From: Adineta vaga
Taxonomy: Eukaryota > Animalia > Rotifera
NCBI GenBank assembly: GCA_021613535.1
Contig: CP075497.1
Coordinates: 1-64,000 of the forward strand
DNA length: 64,000 bases
Reading direction: 5' to 3'
The position numbers were made by a program, and so were the translations under genes. The notes under the pieces were generated by a model. The model was not told the DNA's origin and ran no database searches. It saw only the letters and a list, made by a program, of their open reading frames with translations. This document shows positions 11,008 to 22,976 of this stretch, piece after piece; within the stretch, counting starts at the first letter, position 1, and each line of letters opens with the position of its first letter.

Positions 11008-11052
11008 CTTGAGGGTGAGGCTGTTGTCTGTCGACCCACACCCACCCTCAAG
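11008..11052. repeat. Inverted telomere-like repeat next to an 11-bp hairpin
   Basis: CTTGAGGGTG (11008-11017) / CACCCTCAAG (11043-11052); hairpin AGTCCGACTGG-GTCAT-CCAGTCGGACT at 10983-11009. Confidence 0.7.
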
Positions 11053-11662
11053 ATGATATTAGAATGAAATTATTCGATAAAAGATGTATGTAAGAGTCAT
11101 TTTTGAATTGTACTTACACAATAAATTCTAATTAATCATTCATATACACTATCAACACATGAAGAAATATTGTGAAAATTTGAAATAGTAAGAATTCATT
11201 CTGGAATTGTTTTTATGATTTATTTTTGTCTATTAGACAAAGCTCTAGATTACCATCGTGTACATCTACCAATCCGAATATCTAATACCGTACTATACAG
11301 TTTAGTCGCGATATTTTTCTGTTTATTTGACGTTGTTATTTTTAAGTTAATAAATTTATGCAGATCTAAATATAGAAGATTATTAAGAGAAATATATTTT
11401 AACGACTACGCATTTTGTTCACTCGAAAAAAAGGAATTTGTAAGTGAATACTTATATATGAGAGAAACAATTGCTTTTAGCCTTGTTTTTCAAGGACATA
11501 CAAAGTTATTTATGATATAGAATGTTGTATGAAGACTAAAAAACGACTTCTGTTTTGCGTCGCATTTTTTTCAGTCTATAAAAGAAGAGAAAAAAACTCA
11601 TTTCTTCTCAAATATGATTTAATTATACGAACAACCAGTCAATTCATTTACAAGAAAAAAAT

Positions 11663-11975
11663 ATGGGTAAAGTTGTTTTTTTTTTCTACTTAAAATTTTT
11701 CTTATAGAGTTTTTTTTCAACAGATCAGGTAATCAATAAAGTCGAAGAGAAAACTGGTATGGATTTAAATCACGATAATCATGTTGGAAACAGTGGTAAT
11801 ACTGGACATCCAGCTACAGGTAGTGGAGGTATGTGAATGATTATTATTAAGAGATATAAATAGAATGAATATTACAGAATCAATAGGTGTTGTTGGTAAA
11901 GCTGAACAACTTACACATATGGATTTGAATAATGATGGACGTGTTGGTGGTGGAGCTCCTCAACACAAACATTAA
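11663..11975 (+). CDS. 65-aa Gly/Asn-rich protein with two MDLNxDxxVG repeats (exons 11663-11666, 11724-11828, 11887-11975); absent from the ORF track
   Basis: Two canonical introns (57 and 58 nt) give MDQVINKVEEKTGMDLNHDNHVGNSGNTGHPATGSGGVVGKAEQLTHMDLNNDGRVGGGAPQHKH*; AATAAA at 12067. Confidence 0.85.
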
Positions 11976-12152
11976 TTATACAAATAGATAATTCAACTTA
12001 AAAATAACACTTATTGATTGTGTTTGTTGCATATTGTGCTTTTTCTATAAATATTAATCTTATAGAAATAAATCTTTTCGAAAGTGTAGATTATAAAGAT
12101 CTTCAGTGTAATATCGATCGTGTCGATGATATTCGAAACTATTAAAAATCAA

Positions 12153-12222
12153 TGTGTAGGTGTGGATGTGTGTGTGTTCCTTTTTCTCTAACTCACATCC
12201 TCACATCCTCACCTACCCTCAA
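12153..12222. repeat. Inverted GT-rich/telomere-like arrays between convergent genes
   Basis: GTAGGTGTGGATGTG (12156-12170) vs CACATCCTCACCTAC (12202-12216), 14/15 complementary. Confidence 0.65.
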
Positions 12223-12363
12223 AATTATTCATTTCTTTTTGTTTCTTAAGTTAAACTAGATATTACTCTGATTTGTACAGAATCTAGAACAAAAATTATT
12301 CTTACGAAAGAAAAACAAACAAATGGTAGTTTTGCTTTTTTATTACATTTCATTTCTTTCTAT

Positions 12364-14121
12364 TTAATGATGATGATGATGTATAATCTCAGTGTCATTA
12401 TCCGTATTAATCCATAAAATAAATATTTTCTTGTGATTATTAATATTGAATACTTTCGATTCGAATGAATTAAATTGTAATTTTGAATGTTTACAAATCC
12501 ATACTGGATTAGGTGCATATTGATTTCGTGTTAAATGTAAAGTAAGTTTTTCTAGATGAATAAATTCATTGATTAAATAGGAGAGTATACGTCGAGAATG
12601 ATAATTAACTGTTAGATTAGTTAATTGAGGAAAGAATTGAGATAAACGATAAAAAAGTCTTCTTCTTCTTCTTCTTCGTGTTTTGTAACCAAAAAGAATA
12701 AGATGACGAACGGAAGGAAAATGTTGCAGATAGTTGATTAAATAGATAATAACTTTTTGAATATTGAATATGAAGATAATAAAGATTAGGCATATTGTTT
12801 AACAATTGAATTAATGCTTCCGTACTTTCAACTGTTGATGAAAAATTGAAAGATTTCAGTTTATTTAAATTCACTTGTTCTTGAATTTCATCACATATAG
12901 ATTTTGTTAAATATCCATTCAATACAAGTTCGATTAAATTATTAAAGCGTGGTTCAATCATAGATATTTGTGTATCATTTTGATATTTTGATAAATCAAT
13001 TTGTAAATATTTAATATTTGAATAGAATATATTCCAATTCTGAATAAAATCAAATGTAGTTGAAGTAAAGTAGGGCACAGTAATAAGAAGTTGTTTATTA
13101 TAATCATATTCAATAAACCATTGTTTTGTATTTAACCACCATGTCGATTGAAATCTTTCTAAAAGAAAATAAATTTCTTCTTTTGATATTTCGAATATTG
13201 AAAATTGAAAATTAAATGTTTTTAAATAAATTAATGATGTTGATAAATATGATTCCCATTGAATTCCATTTAATATATCATTATCTATTGTTAATGGGTG
13301 ATTTAATATTAATATTAAATGTTTTAATCCATACATATTTGAAAGAATACGTTGTAACATTACAAATTGAATATTAATATCACCTAAATAAAATATTCAA
13401 TGTCGAATTTTGAGTATATAGAAGACTTACCATTTAAATTAAGATTTAATTGAACTAATTGTTTCCATTGATAATATTCAAATTTGTTAATAAATTGTTG
13501 AATATTTAAAGGAGTACATTTTATACCAATTCCCAATGATTTTAATTGAGAAATATTAGAATCAATATATCCATTCATATCATCAATCGAATCAAAAAAC
13601 ATATGTAACAATGTTAACTTACTTGGTATCTCTCTCGATAATCGAAGAAATTGTTGACTAGAACATGCAGCAAGATGGCTTAAAGATTTGAATGAAAAAC
13701 TCGACATAATATTTAAATTATTTATCTCAATACGATCAAATCGAATGGAAATAAGTTCATTGTAATTAATAATTGATGCAATACTTTGAAGGAATAATTG
13801 ATCAACGACGATTGTATCATCGATCCAAATTGAACGAAGACGAATTAATGGTTGTCTATTGGATAGAAATCGATTGGTAACATCAAATAGATGTTGACCG
13901 AATTTTAAACCAACAATTTGATCAGATCGTAAAAATGAAGAGATAACATCAAATTCTCTTTTAGAAATATCCGATGAAGAGAAATCTAATATATAATTAT
14001 TATATTCAATCAAAACATTATTTAAATGAATATTTAATGAATAAAATGCTTTTAATATATGACCTCCAGAAAGATATGATAAGATTTCATAAAATAATTC
14101 AATTGGTAAACAGTCGAGCAT
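12364..14121 (-). CDS. F-box/LRR-like protein (intron ~13430-13383; one frameshift ~12718)
   Basis: MLDCLPIELFYEILSYLSGGHILKAFYSLN F-box start, LxxL repeats; the shifted frame continues FPSVRHLILF...FILWIN to TAA at 12364. Confidence 0.8.
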
Positions 14122-14198
14122 ATTGCGTATATTACTAAATCTAGAAAGAATTTTAGACAATAATTCAATATCTTTTTATATAAAGGACAAAACAAAAA

Positions 14199-14870
14199 TT
14201 ATATTTGATCTGAAACAAATTCTTCGCTATGACGTTTGCATAAAATATCCATAGAATATCTCCATCGATGACGTATTTTGTTCATTTGTTCAGAAAAGAA
14301 GGTTCGCCGATTAAAACAACAATTAAACAGATATAACTGAAGTAAGCAGAAGACGGGATAGATACATTGTGCGATGATTATACCAAATATGTGTCGATAA
14401 TATCTCTCGGAACATGATAGTAACGTTACAGCTGTTTTATTCTGAAGTGTTACTCTAATTGTATTCATTTCCATACCTGTCAAAATAAATAAATCAATGA
14501 AAAGATGCCAACCGGGAATATATAAATAGATTATGACTATAGATTGTATATTCGAATATGAAGGCCATTTGTGAGTTTTTAGTTTGTTGATAAGAAAAAT
14601 AAAAACACCTAGAACGAATGGAATATTCATAAAAAGAGATGCACGTATCCAACCAAGTTTGTTATGTTCAAGTGAACAATTATAACAGGCAAGTACAATT
14701 TGATAAATAGAACAGAATAGAAAGATAACGATTAGAAGGATTATTGTCGAACGATGACGATATTTTGGTTCTCTTGAATGTGTAACATGATGAATAGAAG
14801 TATCATAATTACGAGGAGATAAAATTCCAATCATATCAGCATAAGGTGGTTGATTTAATTTCAAAGACAT
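14199..14870 (-). CDS. Hypothetical ~4-TM membrane protein
   Basis: Intact 223-aa ORF with ATG start and four hydrophobic segments; family not recognised. Confidence 0.6.
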   Translation of the reverse strand: MSLKLNQPPYADMIGILSPRNYDTSIHHVTHSREPKYRHRSTIILLIVIFLFCSIYQIVLACYNCSLEHNKLGWIRASLFMNIPFVLGVFIFLINKLKTHKWPSYSNIQSIVIIYLYIPGWHLFIDLFILTGMEMNTIRVTLQNKTAVTLLSCSERYYRHIFGIIIAQCIYPVFCLLQLYLFNCCFNRRTFFSEQMNKIRHRWRYSMDILCKRHSEEFVSDQI

Positions 14871-16372
14871 CGTTCTTTAGTTTGTTCATAAAATCAAAAA
14901 AGATTTCATTTGAAAACTACAGACAGAAAAAATAAAATATATATATATATGGTAACACGATGTATTAGTATTACTTCCTTTCAATGATTTATCATTTATT
15001 GTCTATCCTTGTAAAAATGATGCTTCGTAATACATTCCTTTTTTTTTCTATATAAAACTCATAAAACTAAGATTAGATTTATCAAAAGAACAAAAAAATG
15101 ATTCAGTTTTTTTATAATGTTCTTCGCGATGAATAATGATAAGCATTTTTATGAGTTTACTTTGAAAACATTTTTCCAACTTTTGTTTTTCTTTTCCTAC
15201 TGGAAACAAAAATCATCAAAAAATTCGAAAGAAAAACAACCACATCCACATCTTCACCTAGAAATAAATAAATTCTTCAAAAGAAAGATACTTCTAGACG
15301 ATTTATACATATCAATTAATATTCTATATGAAGTTATAGAATATTCTCTTAAGGAATATGCAGAATCATGAGAAACACAGAAAAATATCAACGGCAACTT
15401 AGTTCTGTAATAAAAAAATATGTATGTAACGAAAGACTTCTTTTCTCAAATTTTAAAAGAAGTTTCGACAGGCTCCGATGTTGATCTTTCACAATACGTT
15501 TCGAACGTAACTGAAAAATCGAGCCGTTTAAACAAAGCTCTGCCGAACTAGATCCTCAACTAGTAGTGTTTATTACTCAAGATTATTTTAGAGGAAAATT
15601 TATTGACCATTCCCGATTACGTAAAACTGAATATATACCACTGACTGACACTAGGAATGCACGTTTTACTTACAGAAAACATTGTTACCGAACTTGGGTT
15701 ATTCAATGATGCTAGAGGATATTCCATCTAATATTTGCGACGTGATTGATGGAAGATTCTTAGTCAATTCTTCTAAAATCGACTTCGAATGCTCTGAAAA
15801 GAAGAAAAGCTCTGCCTTTGGTTCCAACATATCAAGGCCAAACTTTACGGAAAATCATTGTTGATCTGCGACGATGCCTCCTGATCCAGTAGAATTAACT
15901 TCTATTTATGTACCTTTATCTGGTGTGAAATATGTACAAGACTTGTTCATTCTTCATCCGTTCAAATTCGACGTATTTCATTACGCATTTTCGGAATCAT
16001 ATAATTTAATTCTTTTACGTCAATCATTACAGTTGGTTGATATTTGCACTCTATAAGAGAAAGAATGGGAATCGATGGCAACAGTTTGCTTTCAATACTC
16101 ATTGTGTGTTTTTTTCCAGAAACGCAATTGCTTATGTTTGTTTTTTCCATACACTTTTTCGTTTCTATTTTCATTTCATTCTATGTAAACCGATTAATTA
16201 CAGTTGTAGTAGAAATTGGTAAAAGAAACCCACCTTTTTGTATTATTCTTTATTCTACTCACACAATTCAGTCTTTCTTTTCAAATTTAAAAGCTTACGC
16301 TCATTTTATTTTACATTCATTCGATTTAATAAAAGTAACGTTAAACTTTTCTTCAAGTTTTTCTAGATTTCA

Positions 16373-17645
16373 ATGAACTGGACCTATTGGACTTGGGTGG
16401 GATGCAGTATTGCTGTTAGCGCTGACATATTGTTTTTAACACTTGCTGTTTTGCTACTTCTACTGGTGGAAAACAAAAGTATATTCTATGCTATCGTCTC
16501 TCAGCTTCTTAATATACAACATTGCTTCATCGATGTCCATCATAACATCATTTTCGATGACAAAAAAAATTGATCTTTCCAAAGACATCGTGCAAAATTT
16601 CCTAGTGACATCAGCTTCACAAGCCATGCAACATCTTTCAAGCTTGGCATTACCTGTTAATGAACAATCTATAAGTCAGAAAGCTCAAGGAGATCGGAGC
16701 AGTGCTTTTAAAAACGGTACTGATACTGTGAGCAAAACACCCATAGAAGTGCAACAAGCAATATATTCACAGCCTGAGTCACATCCTGAATATGCGCGTG
16801 AAGTATTAAATGTTTATGGAAAATTTATTTTTGTACATAAAAGAGGAAGCTTATTTTTCTTAGTCACTTTAACAAAAATTAGTATTTTTGGTGCTCTCAT
16901 AGCTGTATTCAACTCCCTTTTCTTAGCCACATCAAGTGTTTATCGAGATGGTCCGTGTCCATCTATTGGTCCAATGGACTGTTTTTGCGGTGGCAATCAT
17001 ACGTATTTTTCATGTGATACAGGAAAAACTGCCGCATTTCCATATGATGTTCATTCTGGAGCATGTTTTCGTTGGATTGGACGTGATATAACAACATCTG
17101 ATGTTACGACGCAATTAGGTGTTACAGCAGGAATATTGGTTGCTTTTGGTAGTATCGCTCAAGCTATAATACGAATATATTTGCTTGCATTTAACAAACG
17201 TTTGAGTATCGCTACTGGCATACATCGCACAGCTGCGAAAACAATCGGTATTAATCGAGACACTGCTCAAACGAGATTCTGCTGTTGTAATTTACCTTGG
17301 CATTGTAGTGCTTGTAGTTGACGTTTTTTCAAGCATCCTGCTGCTGTAATATTAGTGACTGGAATTTATATTATAACACCGATATTGATGATTTCAGGCG
17401 TAATTCTATTATACTATTATGAATTAAATGTAACTTCACTAACCTTTGTTGTGCTCATCGTTATTGCAGTACTTTGTCTACTATCAATAGGATGGGTAAT
17501 GGTAGAGGAGTCTGAAGCAAGTTCTAATATTCCCGGCGAATGGGTAGATGCAAAAGCTCTTCTTCAAAAGATTTCTGATAATGCTACGGGAATAACAAAA
17601 ACGAAGATATCACCGATAAATAAACTCCCACTTGATCGCAACTGA
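16373..17645 (+). pseudogene. Multi-pass membrane protein with Cys-rich loop, disrupted
   Basis: Frameshift near 16440; in-frame TGA at 17319-17321 between same-frame ORFs 16443 and 17355. Confidence 0.6.
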
Positions 17646-18084
17646 ATATTATTAAATGGCAAGACTATTCAACGAGATATCGTTGGAAAGTTTAGATACA
17701 AGAAAATTTTTGACTATTTCTGCTTCTGTTTGTCGATCACCTTTTTTTTAAATATAATATTTTAATCTATGAAGAATGAATGACAATATATTGTATCTTA
17801 AGAAACACAAATTTATGAGCTTATTAAAAAAAACAATCTCTTCTTTTAGATAATATTTTCATCGCTGTTATTCTTCTATATGAGCAATAACGGATCTACA
17901 TCAAAGTTAGATAAGAAATGTGAGTTATTCATAGTATTTTCTTTTAAATACAATTGTGCATTTTATTTCATACGTTTTTAGTGAATGAACAATACCAAGC
18001 ACTAACTAAACTTTCAGGAAATGGTAATTTTTATTATATACATTTATTTATTTCTTAAGTTTGATTTATACAAAATAGAAGAAT

Positions 18085-18116
18085 GGTGTGTGTGAGGGTG
18101 TGAGGGTGAGGGTGTG
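18085..18116 (+). repeat. Interstitial telomere-like (TG)TGAGGG array
   Basis: GGTGTGTGTGAGGGTGTGAGGGTGAGGGTGTG. Confidence 0.8.
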
Positions 18117-18765
18117 TATAGAGTTATCACACAATTATATATTTAAATGTTACTTGAATCTTATTGATGTCAGAGATATTTAAAAAAAGTAAGATGTACT
18201 AACGTGTCATATGCACGTGGCATCTGTTGGTGATATATTATGAGTATTCATGATTTTCCTTTTTTTCAAAATGATTTAGTTGAACAGGCGAAACGTCGAA
18301 TATCTTCAAAATATTCAAAATGTAAATCTAATTTTCATCAAACAAATACATTTCGTCTATTCAATTGCATTCGTATATCAAATCAACCACTTACATTCGT
18401 TTCTAATAAAGAATTTTCAATCTGCATAATTCTTCTGATATAATGACTTTATATTTCTATCATCAGGTAACTGATTTAGTCGATAAATATACGTCGCTAT
18501 CGCTTTTTGAGTTTAATATGATTATAGATGGAGATAGATTCTTCTATATTGATCTGATATTTTCTTACCAATAATATATTTTGTTTACAAATGAATCAAT
18601 GACGTTAGTAATACCATACCATTAAGTTATTTCAGTTTTTTGTCAACAAGAGCACGAGTTCCCACTATAACTTCTTCTTTTTTACGTATCTTGTATGAGC
18701 AAAGAATGTTTTGCAGATAATATTCATTCTCCTTTTTCATTATTATCTTCATATTATCTATAACA

Positions 18766-19611
18766 ATGGCATCGAAAACTACTACATTAAAAGTGATGAC
18801 ATATAACATTCGTGCAAATACTCTGAATGACTGGTCACTTCTTCCATCAAGGAATAATATGTGGCACCATCGTAGAGATAGTGTTATTAACCTTATTCGT
18901 AGGTATAGTCCAGATTTATTTGGCGTCCAGGAAGCTCGTTTCCGGCAAATGAGTGATTTACGAAATGGATTATATGATTATAATTCTTATGGTGTTGGTC
19001 GTAGTGATGGAAGTCAAAAGGGTGAATTTTGTAGTATATTCTATCGATGTGATCGATTTGAATGGCTTGAAGAAGGTACTTTTTGGTTATCAGACACGGG
19101 CGAAATTGGTGAGAAAGGATGGGACGCTAGTTGTTCAAGAATTTGCACTTGGATTAAACTCAAGGATCGAGAAACGAGAAATGAAATATGTCATTTTAAT
19201 ACACATTTAGATCATAAAGGTGCTATGGCTCGTATAGAAAGTGCTAATCTTATTTTAAAGAAGATTCAAGAAATAGCTGGATCAGAAATACCCGTAATAT
19301 TAACTGGTGATTTTAATGTAGGACCTGAATCTGATCCATACTCAATTATTACAAATAGTACTGGTTTTGAAGATACGAAACTACAGTCTGAATCACAACA
19401 TGTTGGTCCGGAAGGTACTTGGTCTACGTTCAAAATAGCATCTGGTATCGGTGATCGATTAGATTATATTTTTATTAGATCAAGCCAATTCAGAACCAAA
19501 GAACATGCACATTTAACTAATACTCATCAATCTAAAGATAAATATTATCCATCTGATCATTTACCAGTATTGGCAACTTTGGAATATACGAGGTCAGTTT
19601 CACAACCATGA
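18766..19611 (+). CDS. Endonuclease/exonuclease/phosphatase (EEP) family protein, bacterial-like and intronless
   Basis: MTYNIR, PDLFGVQE, GTFWLS, RICTW, FNTHLDH, GDFN, RLDYIF, YPSDHLPV. Confidence 0.92.
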   Translation: MASKTTTLKVMTYNIRANTLNDWSLLPSRNNMWHHRRDSVINLIRRYSPDLFGVQEARFRQMSDLRNGLYDYNSYGVGRSDGSQKGEFCSIFYRCDRFEWLEEGTFWLSDTGEIGEKGWDASCSRICTWIKLKDRETRNEICHFNTHLDHKGAMARIESANLILKKIQEIAGSEIPVILTGDFNVGPESDPYSIITNSTGFEDTKLQSESQHVGPEGTWSTFKIASGIGDRLDYIFIRSSQFRTKEHAHLTNTHQSKDKYYPSDHLPVLATLEYTRSVSQP

Positions 19612-19648
19612 CGCGTTTCGAGCCTGCTAAAGAATCTCATTAGATGGT
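19605..19648 (-). ncRNA. Minimal type I hammerhead ribozyme motif (Penelope-type), G5A variant
   Basis: Minus strand: ACCAT CTAATGA GATTCTTTAGCAGGCTC GAAA CGCG TC ATGGT; stem I ACCAT/ATGGT and palindromic stem III ACGCGT. Confidence 0.75.
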
Positions 19649-20868
19649 AAGATCAATTGAAATCAACTTATTTACATTATCAGTTGAGGATAAGCTTCAA
19701 TAAAACTACGACAATTTCAATCTTAGTTCATCAGATCAATGCACTTCATGTCTTTTTTTATAATTCTAATTGATTCCTTTCGTTTTTTATGTTCTTACTC
19801 ATCACAAAATTCATGTATTGTACGTTCCTGAACTTCGGATAATTCCTTTATCTATTGGTTATCCATTAACTTCGTGCGCTTTTCACCTTTTCCTATTCAT
19901 CATCTTCATTGTTGTTTTACTTATTTTGTCGTTTTGTCTCATCTCTACAATGTTCTCTGCTTGTTCTTTTATCATATGTGAAATTATATTTTTTACCTTA
20001 AGATTCAAGGTTAACTCGCCTCTTTTCCTTACTCGCTTCGAATAGAAATATCTATAATCGGATCTAACAGAATAGTTCAATAGAAATTCGTTCAACTCGT
20101 TGTTGCTATAAATTTGATTGCGAACATCACGAACTGTGAAACAAATCATTAAAACAATATTTTACTTTTTATTCTGGTGATTCGAAAATAAACAGAGTTC
20201 TGTCGTACCGATAGTTCGAAAAAGAATACAAGAAAAATTAGCAATATTTATGTATTTTATTTTCTGTTTTATTCAACCATAGATATCAAAGAACACAAGA
20301 AATGCTTATAGGTGTGGACATCGTTACATTAGAGGATCTCGAGGTAAACTAATTTAGAGGCTGTATTTAAAGTTGCCGAATCCATGACTTGTACCGGCTC
20401 TAATCTCTTGGTAAGTTTCATTGGGTCGATGAGTATTGAATGACTGCAGCATGTAGTAAAAGAACTCCTACGTATATTTGCTGAAAACATCGCTGATGTT
20501 CAATAACAAAGAATAAAATCGAGATCTGATTGATGATTGGTATTAGTTGACTGGAGATACATTCGTTTGTTTTGATCGAATGGATTATATGACGTTTTTA
20601 CTATGATTTCTATTGACAGATCGTCGATTTGAGTCAAGAGCGTGTGAATCATTTATAAGGAATACAATTCTTCAAGAAAGTTTACATTGATGATACTTCA
20701 TTCGGCGTGTGGGTTTTCAAACGTGGTACATTTGAGAATAAAGGAAAACGCGGGTATGTAAGCCTATTCTTAAAATGCATATATTACTATATATAAGATC
20801 TATTTAGAAACGAGCATTGGATAATGTCGACGAAGCATAATTTTAAAGATGGTCAGCCGGATGGGAAT

Positions 20869-21855
20869 CAGAGGTGAGCACAGGACAAGATTTTTTGCAG
20901 GACAAATGTGAATTTTTAAAATTTTTTTTTGAGTTAAAATATGGTACTATACTTTTCACCTGTATAATTTCTTCGATGTATTTTGAGTCTCACAGATGTC
21001 ACAGGTACAATCTAGATCAAAATTAAGCAGCATAGTCCGGAAGAAAACGATGGACGATCTATTAATAATACATTTACTATGAACTGAAAACAGCTATGTA
21101 CTATAACTCAAGAGTAAAATCATCATGTTGAATCAAACTATAGAAGGATGGATAACTGAGAATTGACTAGATTTATGCTTATTTGTTTAGAGAAAAGAAA
21201 TAATGCTCCTAGAATATACTATATTTAGAAAATATAATCGATCGTCAACCAGATAAATGGTTATATTTCCTTACTGTCTTGATCAATAGTATATTCTCTA
21301 ATTGATAAAGACTTCGGTTGTCTTTCTTTATTTCTTCTATTAACAGAAGGGATATCTACACAATGAGTTCGCTTCGAAGAGTTACCTCTTTACATTGGAT
21401 CTAATAGATGGCCATGCAAAAAATCATGGCGGGCACTACTAAATAAACGAAAAAGAATTAAAAGATGCTAGTGCGTACGATTCGCACATTTCGACGATTT
21501 CATTTGTATTGGAATTTAGAACATATTATACTTTATAAAACATGTTTTTCACCAAATAGTTTGCTCAAAAAGTAACGACTATAGGCGATGAATTAAGATA
21601 ATTTATGGATGGTTATGTGACTTTACATAATGTAAATACGTTGTTTATGGATTTTCGTCTTTAGATAAGTCACTTGTTTCCGTTACAATATGTCTTTAAT
21701 CTACTAGAATTTCGATGCAGTTAAAATCACCAGCATGAGTAGTTTAAAAGTATTATTTGTCAATACTTTCCTGTTTTCGAAAAGCTTACTCAAAAACATT
21801 ATATAAGAAAGCAGGACGAGAGACTTCATCCTGTCCTGCCCTGTGCTCACCTCTA
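20869..21855. mobile_element. ~1-kb non-autonomous TIR element (hAT-like ends)
   Basis: Perfect 15-bp inverted repeat AGAGGTGAGCACAGG (20870-20884) / CCTGTGCTCACCTCT (21840-21854), with CAGGAC subterminal repeats; no TSD seen. Confidence 0.65.
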
Positions 21856-21888
21856 GTAAATACTAAATTAGTAATCACATTTGTATTA

Positions 21889-22283
21889 TTAGTGAGCCAA
21901 TTTAATTTGACTTATTTGTCGAATATGAACATCTCGTGATGTTATAAGAAATTGATCAATTGTAGATAAACATATTGAAAATGAAGCTATATAAAGAACA
22001 CTCATTGCTAATGATACTCGTGTTTTACACCAAATATGTGATGTACGAGTATAATCAAGACTAAGGCCAACACTTAGTATGCGTAGAAGAAGACTAGAAA
22101 CTAATTGTAAAATATTGCAAATTGAAGCAATAAACATATAGAATATACATGGTTTATATTTCGATAAGTGCTTACAGTTGTAAGAATTAAGATACTAATA
22201 AGATTTCCTATTATTCCTATGATGATAAAGAAAAAACCAAAGTAAATTGTTATTTGTTTACCGATGTAAATTAAGTATTCCAT
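21889..22283 (-). pseudogene. Rhodopsin-like GPCR 5' fragment (TM1-TM3), frameshifted and truncated next to the TIR element
   Basis: IIGIIGNLISILIL, WCKTR, ICLSTIDQFLITS. Confidence 0.8.
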
Positions 22284-22976
22284 AATAAATGTCTACAAGA
22301 GAAAATATGAAATGAAAATCTTGTTGAAAGAGTTTTTATTATATCACCGAAATTCATTCAAAGGGATATATTTGTTACTATAAACCGTATTCACTAAAAA
22401 CTATAAAGATAATTTCTGATCCTTATTCTTTATACTTCCACTCAACTTAGAAAACTGAAACATTAATAGGTTATTATCGATATCATTTGTGGTATTTTCT
22501 AACTCATGTGATATATCTCTTGAATATCGCTACAACAAATAATGACATCGTGCGGGAATAACTGAGATTTGTTCATTAATATACAGAAATAGATTTAAAC
22601 TTTATCTTAACTATCTGTTAATTATGAGAATCGAAAAAAGATTTTTATGAGTAAATATTCCAAAATGATGGACAATACACTAAATCGATTGCAATTAAGT
22701 ATTAAAAATAATGACGAACATGTTCAACTTTTGTGTGTAATTCATATTACCAAGAAATGTCTATGTACCTGTTAATGGATCGTAAACTTCAGAACTATTT
22801 TTAGTCTCCAGAAACTACCGTCAATTTCCATGTTTTACTTATTGAATCATATAATTGAGCAGTTCGGAGAACATGACGATGACTACTAATATAAAGTTTC
22901 AATATTATTTCATGATTATTTTATGAGAAAGATCAAGAATATGTTTGTTTAAAATGTACGATATATGAAAAAAAGG

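Noticed and set aside
18766-19611. Bacterial contamination as the source of bacterial-type genes
   Set aside because: They match the host AT content and are contiguous with intron-bearing animal genes and eukaryotic transposons.
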